Shown one piece after another: positions 1 through 9,664 of a stretch of 64,000 bases of DNA. How positions within the stretch are numbered: the first letter of the stretch is position 1; every line of letters starts with the position of its first letter. The notes beneath the pieces were generated by a model, which did no database searches, had not been told where the DNA came from, and saw nothing but the letters and a program-made list of their open reading frames with translations. This DNA comes from Epithemia pelagica (taxonomy: Eukaryota > Protista > Bacillariophyta), in assembly GCA_946965045.2 (NCBI GenBank), contig OX337228.1, positions 3,534,001-3,598,000 of the forward strand, in the 5' to 3' direction. The translations under genes and the position numbers were made by a program.

Positions 1-87
1 TGGAAATGGGTCCTCCACATCGACTGGCCTGTTTGGGAAAAGCATATTTGCGAGAATGCAGAGGATATTCCCAATACTCATTGAATT

Positions 88-3000
88 ATGAAGATCATTG
101 GAAACATGAAAACCTACACAAAGATTGGCGATATGGCACAATTAGAATCAGCAATTACACCCAAAGCCAAGGACACAGCAATGAGGGCAAAATATTCGAA
201 ACTCTCTCGCTACATCGTAATTTGCCCAGAATGCTTCAAGTCTCCAAAGAAGTCCTTAGAGGAAAGTGTATTGCTCTGTGGTCAGCAAAAAACCTCCAAC
301 GTGTCAACTCACAAAAACAAGTACCACAAAGAGGTTGTACTTGAAGAATCAGCAGTGCAATCGTCCCAATCCCAAAGTAATCTGAGTTCTATGATCGTCA
401 AGAACACCTCCAAGTCTGAAGCAACAACCGAATTTCGGAAGCTCATATATCGTTTTGTCAACAACTGTAACCTACCTGCACTCACAGTTGAGAAGCAACC
501 ATTCAGAGCATTGCTACAATTTGCGATCAACAATGCAGCGGCATTGAAGGATACACCGGCCGAAGTCATGGGTCGTTGCGAAATCACAAAGCTCCGCTTG
601 TCATCCTATGAAGATTTCTTTACTGTGGCACCTAACCTCCTTAATGCCTGTCGCTCCGAATACCAGAAATTGTGCCGACAGAAGGTACCCTTCATTACCG
701 TGTGCCATGACATTTGGCAAGCCAAGGACCATGATGTCCTTGGAGTTACACTCATGTTCATTGACCCAAGGAACTGTCATATATACAGACTCCCTATTGG
801 TTTGGCTGAGTGCGATGGACATGCCGCCACGGATGTCGCTAATCTTACAGATGCATTACTTCTGGGTGTCGGAGTGACGACTGCCGACCTTTGCGCATCT
901 GTTAATGATAACACAACGGCAGCCGTCTTAGCCGGAAAATACATTGTGGGTAATCCTGAAAAGGACGGCGGCAAATGTGACGTGCACAAGGCCAAGCTTG
1001 TTCTTAAACATGCTACCGGTCTAGTGAAGAGATACCATAACCGGCAGCTCATGGATTCAAACGATACTTTCGTTGAGCTATGGCAGGTATTCAAACAATT
1101 TGCTGCATGGCTAACTTGTAAAAAAGCCCCTCATCGTTTCAAGAAATTCCGAGACTCTTGTATTCAAATGGGATTCACAATCATCAAGATTCCCATGCCC
1201 AATGACACCCGTATCGCAGGCCTTGTTCTAACCATCCAGGCCTTGCTTAGATGTATGTGGGCTATGCGACACTACGTCACCCTAACCATCAAAAGCGACG
1301 ACAAATTCAAGGCAAGATTTCCTACAGAAGACAAGTGGGAATTATTGGCACAATATGAGGCCGTACTGGGTCCACTCAAGCAAATATGTATGTCTCTCCA
1401 GTCAGATGCACCAGGTGCAAGTTCGGCTGCTTTGTTAGAGATTTATTGTTCCTATTTCCGTTCCACCTGTATGCGCAAGGAAGAAGTCGGCAAGTTCAGT
1501 GGTGTTGATGTCTTGAACGTTTCGGATGTGAATCGTACTTGGGACGCCCGTAGTTCTATGGAGGATTTGGAGGAATTCCGCGATACTAAGCAATACCAAG
1601 AGCTTGAACCTGGTCCGCGGCTACTCATCCGACGAGTTATAGCAGAGTACAAGCACTACTTGCTTCACTACGACGATGACAGTATCAAGGCCGTTTGCTG
1701 TAACCCCCTACTTGCCAATGTGTACGAAAACATGTTCGTTCACTTCGGGGTGTTTGATCAGGACACTGTGAAGGAATGTCGCCGGATCATCATTCGAGAC
1801 ATGGTGTCTAAGTTCAGCAACAAACAAGTCTCAAGGATTGGAGCGGCTATGTCACGCCAAGATAAATCCCAGTCCAACCGAGGGCCAAAGACTGGACAGG
1901 GAAACGATTCTGCCCCTACCAAGTCATCCTCCAAAAGAAAGACACGCGACATTTTTGCCAATATGAAGGAGTCACAGTATTTACAGCAACAGGCTTTGTT
2001 GCACTTGAGTGGCAAGGCCTCTAACGCTGCGAGTGAACAAGAGTTGGTACAAGCATTACAAAAAAATTGTACGACGTGCTATGATGATTTCCGGTCTAAT
2101 TGCCAAACGCACATAGACAACCACTGGGAACAGATTATTAAAGAATATGGAACGGCAGAATTCCATGACGCGAAAGAAACTTGGAGTGATGATGAGTACG
2201 AAGAGTTTCAACACAACTGCAAGTGTCGGAATTATCTCGAAGTCGGAAAATATTTTGATATCATGGGATGGTGGCGGGCCCATTCCGTAAAATACGGATT
2301 CCTGTACCCAAGTGCCATTATCTGGTTGGCCAAGCCGTCCACCAATGCCTTCCAGGAAAGAGCTTTCTCAATCGGCTCTTGGATGTTGCAAAATAAGCTC
2401 ATGGGCAACTTGTCGAAGAAAGCTAACGAGATGAGAACCATGGACTATATCAACCGAGATACAGTCCGTGTGATTCAAAAGAATGAAGAGGATATAAAGA
2501 ATGGAAATGGCACTAGTTTGTCGTATGTACCTCCAACCAAACCACCTCCAGAGAAGACAGACAAAGAACGTGTCCAACAGAAGAACCTAAAGTTGCTAGC
2601 CATTCAGGAGGCTTCAACAGGTTTCAAAACGTACTCGACTACGTACAAGACTGCCAAGAACGTGTTGAAAGATCCAGAGGTTGTTATGACTTTCTTCCAT
2701 ACACCTGACACCGATAATCCAACTGCCCCTAGTGTCCATGAGAACACAGTCACTGAGAATTCAGGAACAACAGCAAGGACCACAGCAGGTACGACCACAG
2801 CAAGTACCGGAGAAACGAAACAAGAGGGAAAGGATGAGGGATATGATGAATCAGTCACTATGGGAGGTACGGAAAAGGCAGTTGGTGAAAACGATGGTAA
2901 GCCCGCTAGTAAGGGGAATGTGGTTAATGGGCCGGTTGTCAAAGTGGCCAATCGACTGGTCCATACCGAAGTTCTCAACAGGTTCAGTGATGATTCGGAT

Positions 3001-3807
3001 ATTGAGTCGGTGGTTGTATCTGACACTGACGAGGACAGCGATACCGTGGTAGACTATCTCATTGATGAACAGATAAAGAAGCCGGCTTCTATTTCTAACA
3101 AGGATGGAAAGACCAATGATTCTCATGTTGATTCTCATGCTATGAGAATGGGATCGAACGAGGAATCACCTGAAGTGGAAGTGGTACAACCACCGAGAAA
3201 AAAAAAGAAGACGGTCCAAGCAACCATAAAGACAACGAGTAGCAAAAAAAGGAAACAAGAAAAGCAAGTGATGGTCCGACAGCCGACTAGGACTTCACCA
3301 CCCCGGAAAGCAAAGGCGGCTGCATTAGCTCGGGCAAAGGGTTCCATAAAGGAACTCTTGCATTCTGGTACGACGCCCCCATCTGCAAAACTGATTCGTA
3401 ACAAACAGAACAAGAAGTTGTCAGTCCCAGCCATTGCCGCCATGGATGATGAACGAGAAAACACGGACACACTGGCTGGAGACAATGAGGACGAGCAGAA
3501 TGGGGAAGCCGAAGACAATAATGATGAGGAAAACAATGATGAAGACAATGATTCCGATGGAGACGATGCCGAGCATACTTTGGAACAAGAAGACGACGCA
3601 GGAGAGCACGATCCCGATGATCATCATGATGCCGATGATGCCGAAGAGACTTCGGAACGAGACGACAGAGTCGACGGCGACGCAGATACCGAAGTAGGGG
3701 AAGACGAGGGGGAAGACGACGCGGAATACGAGGACAACGAGGGCAACGCAGATGATAATGATGACGATGCACATGACTATGAAGATGACGATATGGACGT
3801 AGACTGA
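88..3807 (+). CDS. hAT-superfamily-like DDE transposase (1239 aa) with BED-type zinc finger and long basic/acidic C-terminal tail
   Basis: N-terminal CPEC...HKNKYH (BED-like); candidate catalytic residues CHDIWQ, NDNTT and QERAFS; CxxH motif (CDVH); hAT C-terminal motif WWRAHSVKYGFLYPSAIIWLAKPSTNAFQERAFS; NLS-like KKKK stretches and a D/E-rich tail. The left end of the element lies upstream of the window. Confidence 0.85.
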   Translation: MKIIGNMKTYTKIGDMAQLESAITPKAKDTAMRAKYSKLSRYIVICPECFKSPKKSLEESVLLCGQQKTSNVSTHKNKYHKEVVLEESAVQSSQSQSNLSSMIVKNTSKSEATTEFRKLIYRFVNNCNLPALTVEKQPFRALLQFAINNAAALKDTPAEVMGRCEITKLRLSSYEDFFTVAPNLLNACRSEYQKLCRQKVPFITVCHDIWQAKDHDVLGVTLMFIDPRNCHIYRLPIGLAECDGHAATDVANLTDALLLGVGVTTADLCASVNDNTTAAVLAGKYIVGNPEKDGGKCDVHKAKLVLKHATGLVKRYHNRQLMDSNDTFVELWQVFKQFAAWLTCKKAPHRFKKFRDSCIQMGFTIIKIPMPNDTRIAGLVLTIQALLRCMWAMRHYVTLTIKSDDKFKARFPTEDKWELLAQYEAVLGPLKQICMSLQSDAPGASSAALLEIYCSYFRSTCMRKEEVGKFSGVDVLNVSDVNRTWDARSSMEDLEEFRDTKQYQELEPGPRLLIRRVIAEYKHYLLHYDDDSIKAVCCNPLLANVYENMFVHFGVFDQDTVKECRRIIIRDMVSKFSNKQVSRIGAAMSRQDKSQSNRGPKTGQGNDSAPTKSSSKRKTRDIFANMKESQYLQQQALLHLSGKASNAASEQELVQALQKNCTTCYDDFRSNCQTHIDNHWEQIIKEYGTAEFHDAKETWSDDEYEEFQHNCKCRNYLEVGKYFDIMGWWRAHSVKYGFLYPSAIIWLAKPSTNAFQERAFSIGSWMLQNKLMGNLSKKANEMRTMDYINRDTVRVIQKNEEDIKNGNGTSLSYVPPTKPPPEKTDKERVQQKNLKLLAIQEASTGFKTYSTTYKTAKNVLKDPEVVMTFFHTPDTDNPTAPSVHENTVTENSGTTARTTAGTTTASTGETKQEGKDEGYDESVTMGGTEKAVGENDGKPASKGNVVNGPVVKVANRLVHTEVLNRFSDDSDIESVVVSDTDEDSDTVVDYLIDEQIKKPASISNKDGKTNDSHVDSHAMRMGSNEESPEVEVVQPPRKKKKTVQATIKTTSSKKRKQEKQVMVRQPTRTSPPRKAKAAALARAKGSIKELLHSGTTPPSAKLIRNKQNKKLSVPAIAAMDDERENTDTLAGDNEDEQNGEAEDNNDEENNDEDNDSDGDDAEHTLEQEDDAGEHDPDDHHDADDAEETSERDDRVDGDADTEVGEDEGEDDAEYEDNEGNADDNDDDAHDYEDDDMDVD

Positions 3808-3846
3808 GATGGGATTGGTGAATTATAATTACTACTAGTGACTTTG

Positions 3847-5592
3847 TTATCGATAACTGTTGATTATTGTCTTTATCTTCGTTTTTGTTCCCTCAGTTAA
3901 GTGCTCTGTCTTGCCAAGCCGGGATAGTAGGTTTGTTCTAAGATCAATTGTCGAAGAGTGCTGACCCAGAGCACCGAACAAAGGGTTGATCAGGTGCCAT
4001 TTGTCCGCTGGGATCCAAGCTTCGAGGTGCTTTGATGTAGCTAATCCGTCGAGATTAGATGGAACCCAGCCCAATTGCGTTGTCCATCGAATGACGTGAA
4101 CATCGGACGGAATTCCGTCTACTCGGCCAAATCCTGCTTCCAAAATGAGACATGCTGTTTTGTACCCTATACCAATGAGGGTACACAACTCGTAGATTGT
4201 TATGTCTTGAGGAATAACGCCATGATGGCGTTCTTTGAAATAGTCCGCAGCATTGACAAGTCGCTCTGCGTTGGCATAGTACCGACCTGATTCGGATATC
4301 AGAGAACACATTGCATTCATGCCATATTTGTCTGCGATGTCCGAAACTGCTGTTGCAGAGATCATTCCACAGGCGAACAATCTTGGCATTATATTGCTGA
4401 GTTGCACGTCAGACGTGCTGGAGCTCATGATTATTGTCATGAGAACCATGAACGATCGGTCGGCTTGTGGTTCGTTTGCATGGTTGTTTATCCAATTTTC
4501 CCATTCATCACGAGGGGCCAGGAATCCAAAATATTTGAGCTCGACATGGAACATAATGATTTCGGATAATTCGTGGAGACGGTGGTCCAGAACAGAGGGA
4601 GAAATTGGAGGCACGGTTATTTCCAAATCAGACGGGCGAATGTCTTTCAATTTTGGAGCAGTACCGGGCATGTGCCTATCTTTGTCACTGTTGTGTTGAA
4701 TCTTCTTCTTCTTCGATCGGGAGCCCGATTGTAAAAACATTGAAATGATGTTGTTACGAGACCGGGTGGAATACGAATGATTCGGCGTTGAATTAATCTT
4801 CCGGTTGCCACATTGTGTCGGCAAAATAGATGAGGGCCTTTTTGGAGGTGTGGATGGGGCATGCTGTTGTTCTTGTTGCGGGGGGGCGTCGATGGTTGGC
4901 CCAAAAAAGTCGGTAAACAATGTCGACATTTGTGCCATGTATGGGACAATAGCATATGGAATTGACTGCACACAATCTGTTTCTTCGGCCTTGCATGGGC
5001 ACAATATGAATTTGTTGACGAATTGTTGAGGAGCCTGATTGCATTGGAATACTGTTGACGTATCTATCATCCATGATAGGATGATTGCTCGGGCAGAGAG
5101 ACTTGGAATGCTTTGTCTCGTAGATTGAGTGTGCTTCATGCACTCATTGAACAAACGCGTCCGGTGAATTGTTAACTTGGGTTGGCATTTTGCGGAGAGT
5201 ACAAGATTGTTATAATGATCTGGTTCATATGGGTTGAATTCGTGCTCGGTAAAATTGGGAATCTGGGGTGAAGGTTCGTGAAGACAACAGACCACGACAG
5301 CAGAAATAATCTGTAGCAAATCCTGGTGATCCAATTCGTACAGTTGACAAACATGGCTCGAAGAGGAAATAGTGTTCTGTTCTTGAAAAGTAATAATGCC
5401 GTCATTTTGGATGAGCCAGGCGATGGTTTGCCGTTTCACATGAAGTAGAAGCTGTCGTCGAAGAAGGTCTTGGGGAGATTGCTTGATATACTGTCTCATT
5501 TCCTTGTAGTACGAAAGATTCGACTGTAGTATGAACTTGATTTGGCAACTCGAATTGAACTGGATGTATTGGTATCCTGAATGGGTCTCCAT
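3847..5592 (-). CDS. Endonuclease III (Nth)-like HhH-GPD DNA glycosylase/AP lyase with uncharacterised N-terminal extension; lacks the 4Fe-4S motif
   Basis: HhH motif LCTLIGIGYKTAC retains the catalytic Lys; GIPSDVHVIRWTTQLGW retains the catalytic Asp; the W..IN..FG..GQ motif is followed by no Cys cluster. Start could be 5592 or 5499. Confidence 0.85.
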   Translation of the reverse strand: METHSGYQYIQFNSSCQIKFILQSNLSYYKEMRQYIKQSPQDLLRRQLLLHVKRQTIAWLIQNDGIITFQEQNTISSSSHVCQLYELDHQDLLQIISAVVVCCLHEPSPQIPNFTEHEFNPYEPDHYNNLVLSAKCQPKLTIHRTRLFNECMKHTQSTRQSIPSLSARAIILSWMIDTSTVFQCNQAPQQFVNKFILCPCKAEETDCVQSIPYAIVPYMAQMSTLFTDFFGPTIDAPPQQEQQHAPSTPPKRPSSILPTQCGNRKINSTPNHSYSTRSRNNIISMFLQSGSRSKKKKIQHNSDKDRHMPGTAPKLKDIRPSDLEITVPPISPSVLDHRLHELSEIIMFHVELKYFGFLAPRDEWENWINNHANEPQADRSFMVLMTIIMSSSTSDVQLSNIMPRLFACGMISATAVSDIADKYGMNAMCSLISESGRYYANAERLVNAADYFKERHHGVIPQDITIYELCTLIGIGYKTACLILEAGFGRVDGIPSDVHVIRWTTQLGWVPSNLDGLATSKHLEAWIPADKWHLINPLFGALGQHSSTIDLRTNLLSRLGKTEHLTEGTKTKIKTIINSYR

Positions 5593-5807
5593 GTTCGAGA
5601 GGACTTCGTTGAGCTTGGTGCTGCGTCTGCTATGTCTGCTGTTGTATTGTGTTTGCTGTTTGCTGTTGTGTGTTGTGTGTGCGTTGAATGGGAGAATGAG
5701 TGTGATGCGTGTGTATAGTACGGTGTGATTACGATAGACTATGGTACTATGAAGTACGATTGATTAGGAGAAAGTACCGAAGAACAGGGTATTTCTATAA
5801 GAGACAA

Positions 5808-6070
5808 TAGTCCCCATAGTCTAGTCAATGAGATTGACTGAAGGGACTAAAGTACTGGGAGAAAGTCCAATGATCATCTACAGGGGGAGTGCATAAAGTC
5901 CTCGGTAATGGTTACAATGTACTCTAGTCATGTCTATTAGTCTAGTCTATTGCAATATTGTACTAATAGTCGTTAAGTCAAGTCCAGGTACATTGTGAAA
6001 GGGATTGTAGAATCTATAGTCTAGTCTAGTCTTTAAATGAAGTGGACTCGAAGTCTTCTAGTCTAGTCTA
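5808..6070. repeat. Cluster of TAGTC/TAGTCTAGTC short repeats, candidate transposon subterminal repeats
   Basis: TAGTCTAGTC at 5817, 5938, 6017 (three units) and 6059, plus scattered AGTC motifs, in non-coding DNA upstream of the glycosylase ORF. Confidence 0.5.
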
Positions 6071-6329
6071 AATAGAGATGTCCGGTACTACCCAACTCTG
6101 CTTGTGTTGAGTGTTGAGTGGTAACTTGACTGTAGATCTTATACTCGATTTAGGGGTCGGAAAATCGGAAACATCTGGCATCCGGCATCCGTTTCCGGCA
6201 TCACATGCATACGAGACACGAGTATCCAGGGGTGCAACTGCTTGCCTTCTCAAGCGCTGAAGAATCTAGAGGGGTCCTGATTGACCAGGTCAAGCGATGC
6301 CGCTGGAGAAGTAAGCTACCATGATGGAA

Positions 6330-6590
6330 GTACCTCTAGTAGCTAGGTAGCCTCTCTAGCTAGAGAGTGGCACTCTCTCTAGCCAGAGCCACAGGTACGA
6401 CTTCTCCTACGAACTAAGGTTACTCCTACAAAACTGTTACACAGTTCTCTCGCTCTGTACTAGAGAAAGTCACTTGCTCTAGTTGCGAGAGACGACCCTC
6501 TGGCCTCTGGCTAAAAGCGAATCTCTTTGTAATAGAGTCTCTCTACCTGTAGTAGAGAGACAGAGGTAGAGAGTAGAGACTTTCACTCTA
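6330..6590. repeat. AGAG/CTCT-rich repeat block ending in ...CACTCTA, candidate right terminus of the hAT element
   Basis: Many TAGAG/CTCTA motifs and a palindrome AGAGAGTG-G-CACTCTCT at 6362-6378. The reverse complement of the end reads TAGAGTGAAAG, fitting the hAT YARNG terminal pattern. The partner end is outside the window. Confidence 0.35.
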
Positions 6591-6903
6591 ACCTTTTTCC
6601 TTTTGTGTCAAAAAACGGATTATTATGATATCTGGACAAGCGAAGAATATCCAGCGATCTGTAGCGCTTGACCAAGCGCTACTCTACTCTACTTGCTACA
6701 ATTCTGTAGTACTACAATTTGTACTCTGTAGTAGTGTAGTGTGTAGAGTACAAAGAATAAAGAAGTCTCCAGTAGGGTCAATTGATCTGTTGGCTGTTGG
6801 GTCAAATTCCCACGCCTCTCGCGTTTCTCGTTTCTCGTTTCTCGTTCTCGTCCGCAAAAACAATTTTCGTCCATCCCCAACGATTCAATCTCCCGCCGAC
6901 GGT

Positions 6904-8187
6904 ATGAATGCGCTCGCTCGTTCGACCTTGAACGTGGCCACCACATCAAGCCCGCTTGCAATTCCTTTGGCGGAGGAACAAGAGCCAACTGAGCAACGTC
7001 GAGCCTGTGCCGTCCTTCCTGTCAGATCAACGTTGTTGGGCACCGGAACGTTGAACGAGGAGGGAACAGCGGTCGAAGAGTTTTTACCCGGTCCACATCG
7101 ATTACCAATCGTTGGAGGACGAATGATGAAGTTGACGAAGAAGAAAATGGCTAAAGCCGCAGTAACAAAGAATAATGACACTCCACCGTCCCCGGCGAGA
7201 GCGAGATCAATGGATGATGAAGCCAAACAACAACAGATTGTATTCAAGCGTGCTTACTCATCGTTTTTGCGTGTAGCCGACCTGGAAATGGATGAAACGG
7301 TTTCTCTCCGGTCTACTTCGGAGGACTCCGATGAATCATATCCCAACTTCCACCGAATATCGGTAGACCCACCTCCTGGTGTGGAAACAGACCCTAAGGA
7401 AAGATGGGTTGTCCTTGACGATGGTGATGGGAAGCATGCACCGATTGCACCACTTGCTGTTCGGGCTCTTGCCCGGAGTGGGCTTGAGAGCTGCTTTGAC
7501 GAGAAAATGTGGACACCCGATTCTAAGACGCAGAAGATCCTGAAGCAAACAACAGGGTGGCAGAAGATTGTCTGGACCAAAGAAGGAACTGCTGATCTAC
7601 CCACAGATGGCTCTTTAAATGAAGCAGACATTTTCTTGTGGACCGGAACTTTCAAGCATGGCCACTACGGCAGCGAATTACCAGCAGTTCGTTCGTGCGG
7701 AGTCATCAACGTAAGTCCGAAGGCTTTAATGGAACTCTTGGTAGATTCAGATCGCGTAAAGGAGTACAACAAGTTCTGCGTTGGGCGGACAGACTTGTTG
7801 GTGTTGCAAGACAGCATGGACAAAAGTGGCGCCTTTGGGGGGATTACAAAGGTGATGAAGACTGAATCTAAACCACCTATGGTGCGTAAGCTATTGCGCT
7901 TCACTTCTCTCCTACACGGCCGTGAGTTGGAAGATGGTTCCGGCTTCAAAATTGTTACGAGAGCAGTTACACTTCCAGAACAAAAGGAAGACTTAGCCAA
8001 CGCACTCAAGAGCGAAATTCTACTTGGCGCTACCATCATTAAAAGAATTGAAGGGCACGACAACCGTTGCTTATTTATCTCCGTAAATCATTTGCGCAGT
8101 CCCATGGTCCCAATGATGATTGCCAAGAGACTTGGACTACAAGCTGCAGTGGGATTCATTCATGATTTACGCGGATGCTGCACATAA
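6904..8187 (+). CDS. START-domain (lipid-binding) protein
   Basis: C-terminal helix-grip fold features (VRSCGVINVSPKALMELLVDSDRVKEYNK...FISVNHLRSPMVPMMIAKRLG). The ATG at 6904 is preferred over the ORF-track start at 6625, whose N-terminus reads as UTR. Confidence 0.75.
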   Translation: MNALARSTLNVATTSSPLAIPLAEEQEPTEQRRACAVLPVRSTLLGTGTLNEEGTAVEEFLPGPHRLPIVGGRMMKLTKKKMAKAAVTKNNDTPPSPARARSMDDEAKQQQIVFKRAYSSFLRVADLEMDETVSLRSTSEDSDESYPNFHRISVDPPPGVETDPKERWVVLDDGDGKHAPIAPLAVRALARSGLESCFDEKMWTPDSKTQKILKQTTGWQKIVWTKEGTADLPTDGSLNEADIFLWTGTFKHGHYGSELPAVRSCGVINVSPKALMELLVDSDRVKEYNKFCVGRTDLLVLQDSMDKSGAFGGITKVMKTESKPPMVRKLLRFTSLLHGRELEDGSGFKIVTRAVTLPEQKEDLANALKSEILLGATIIKRIEGHDNRCLFISVNHLRSPMVPMMIAKRLGLQAAVGFIHDLRGCCT

Positions 8188-8323
8188 GACTACAAGCCAA
8201 CTTGCCAACATGTGAGCAGTTTAGACGATCTCTTTGTTAGAGTATAAAAAATTATAAATCTCAGGTTTATATGCCTCTCTCTGTTGCACGATTGTTAAGG
8301 GATAATGACAAGACTGGGTGACC

Positions 8324-9664
8324 TCATAGAGATGCTCGGGTTGACAGAATAAATGCATGTGTTAAGTCCGCCGCTGCTTCTTGTTGCCTGTGCGAATTGT
8401 CCACAGGTTCACGAAACTGCTCCATTCCACTCAAGTAGTCCGCAAAGCCACAGTGTGTCCCATTTTTAATTGTATATACATGCTTTTCTGGGTCAAACGT
8501 TGGAGGCATTCGTTTCCACATCTCTCTCCTGTTTTGCTCATTGTCTGTCATCCGAACGATAATGTCTTCTGATCCCTGCACCATCCGAACAGGCACATTA
8601 GTACAATTTGATAAGTCGTTGACACTCTGCCAAAACGGAGCAACCCCCCACATGACCATTCCTTTGACAATGTTGCTGTCAAGGTGGTTCACCATGTGAG
8701 ACGCTGTGAAGCAGCCCAAGGAATGACCAACAAGATACCATTCGGAGATTTGAGGGTGTTGCTTTTCCACCCTTCTGATAATTTGGCGGTTGACAAACCG
8801 AGGACCGTGTTTTATTTTCTCAGAGACCACCCGCCACGGCTCCCCAGATACGACCACCACAAGATGACCCTTGTTGGACAGTCCGTGGGCAGCTCGAGCG
8901 TAAGCCGTGTAAGGCACTCCCAAACCAGGGAAGAAGAGAATAGCTGATTGTGTGCTTCGGTTAACTGCAACAGAATCATTGCTTCTGCTGAGTGACTCAT
9001 TTTCCGCGAATCTGTGAGGCGGGAGATAGACATCATACAAACGTTTTCGGTACACACGTTTATCATGAATGTATTCGGAAAGACTGGCCCATGATTCGGG
9101 CAACTGTGTGGACATTCGGCTAAGACGTAGAGTTGTCGCAACTTTTGCAAAAGACTTGGCGCCTCGATTTAATATATGTAACGTCAGTGGGGATAAAAGG
9201 TAGGGAATCAAAAAGTTGGGTGAAGATGAGTCCAAGTTCAAAGGATCAACAGAGCTTCGTGGCAGAGGAGGTAATGTCGAAGGGGTCAAAAGTCGAATTA
9301 TTGGAATCATAAGGGGGCTCATACAAAGAGCCGGGAGGACGACGATGACCAATGCATGAACCAAATCGCGCAATGCTACCGAGACATGACGGAAAGATGC
9401 CAACCGCCATATATCAAGAGGTGATGTCAGTCCCAAAAGGCGAAGAAGTTGTGTTCCAAGTGGAAGCTTCCTTTGACAATAGCCATAGTGAGATTGATCG
9501 TCATCATCCATCCTAAATCCCTTGACAGCAATCACTTTGCCCTTCTTCGACCCAGGCTTCGTCTTCTCTTCTAATTTTGGGAACGATTCAAGAGGTGTAT
9601 ATTTTCTGTCCTTCGTGCGTTGCCCAACTTTGGCCTCTTGTTTTTTTTCCAAAGCGCCTGCCAT
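8324..9664 (-). CDS. Alpha/beta-fold hydrolase
   Basis: Nucleophile elbow GHSLG, acid in QGSED, His in GTHCGF, oxyanion-region FFPGLG. Confidence 0.8.
   Translation of the reverse strand: MAGALEKKQEAKVGQRTKDRKYTPLESFPKLEEKTKPGSKKGKVIAVKGFRMDDDDQSHYGYCQRKLPLGTQLLRLLGLTSPLDIWRLASFRHVSVALRDLVHALVIVVLPALCMSPLMIPIIRLLTPSTLPPLPRSSVDPLNLDSSSPNFLIPYLLSPLTLHILNRGAKSFAKVATTLRLSRMSTQLPESWASLSEYIHDKRVYRKRLYDVYLPPHRFAENESLSRSNDSVAVNRSTQSAILFFPGLGVPYTAYARAAHGLSNKGHLVVVVSGEPWRVVSEKIKHGPRFVNRQIIRRVEKQHPQISEWYLVGHSLGCFTASHMVNHLDSNIVKGMVMWGVAPFWQSVNDLSNCTNVPVRMVQGSEDIIVRMTDNEQNRREMWKRMPPTFDPEKHVYTIKNGTHCGFADYLSGMEQFREPVDNSHRQQEAAADLTHAFILSTRASL

Noticed and set aside
2604-3774. Several 100-160-aa antisense ORFs over the transposase tail
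   Set aside because: They are shadows of the low-complexity acidic/basic coding strand.
6073-6590. Stand-alone hAT MITE (TAGAGATG...CACTCTA)
   Set aside because: The ends match for only 5 bp and the flanking 8-mers (AGTCTAAA vs ACCTTTTT) are not a TSD.
6625-6903. N-terminal extension of the START protein in the ORF track
   Set aside because: It reads as UTR or low-complexity sequence; the ATG at 6904 is the more plausible start.
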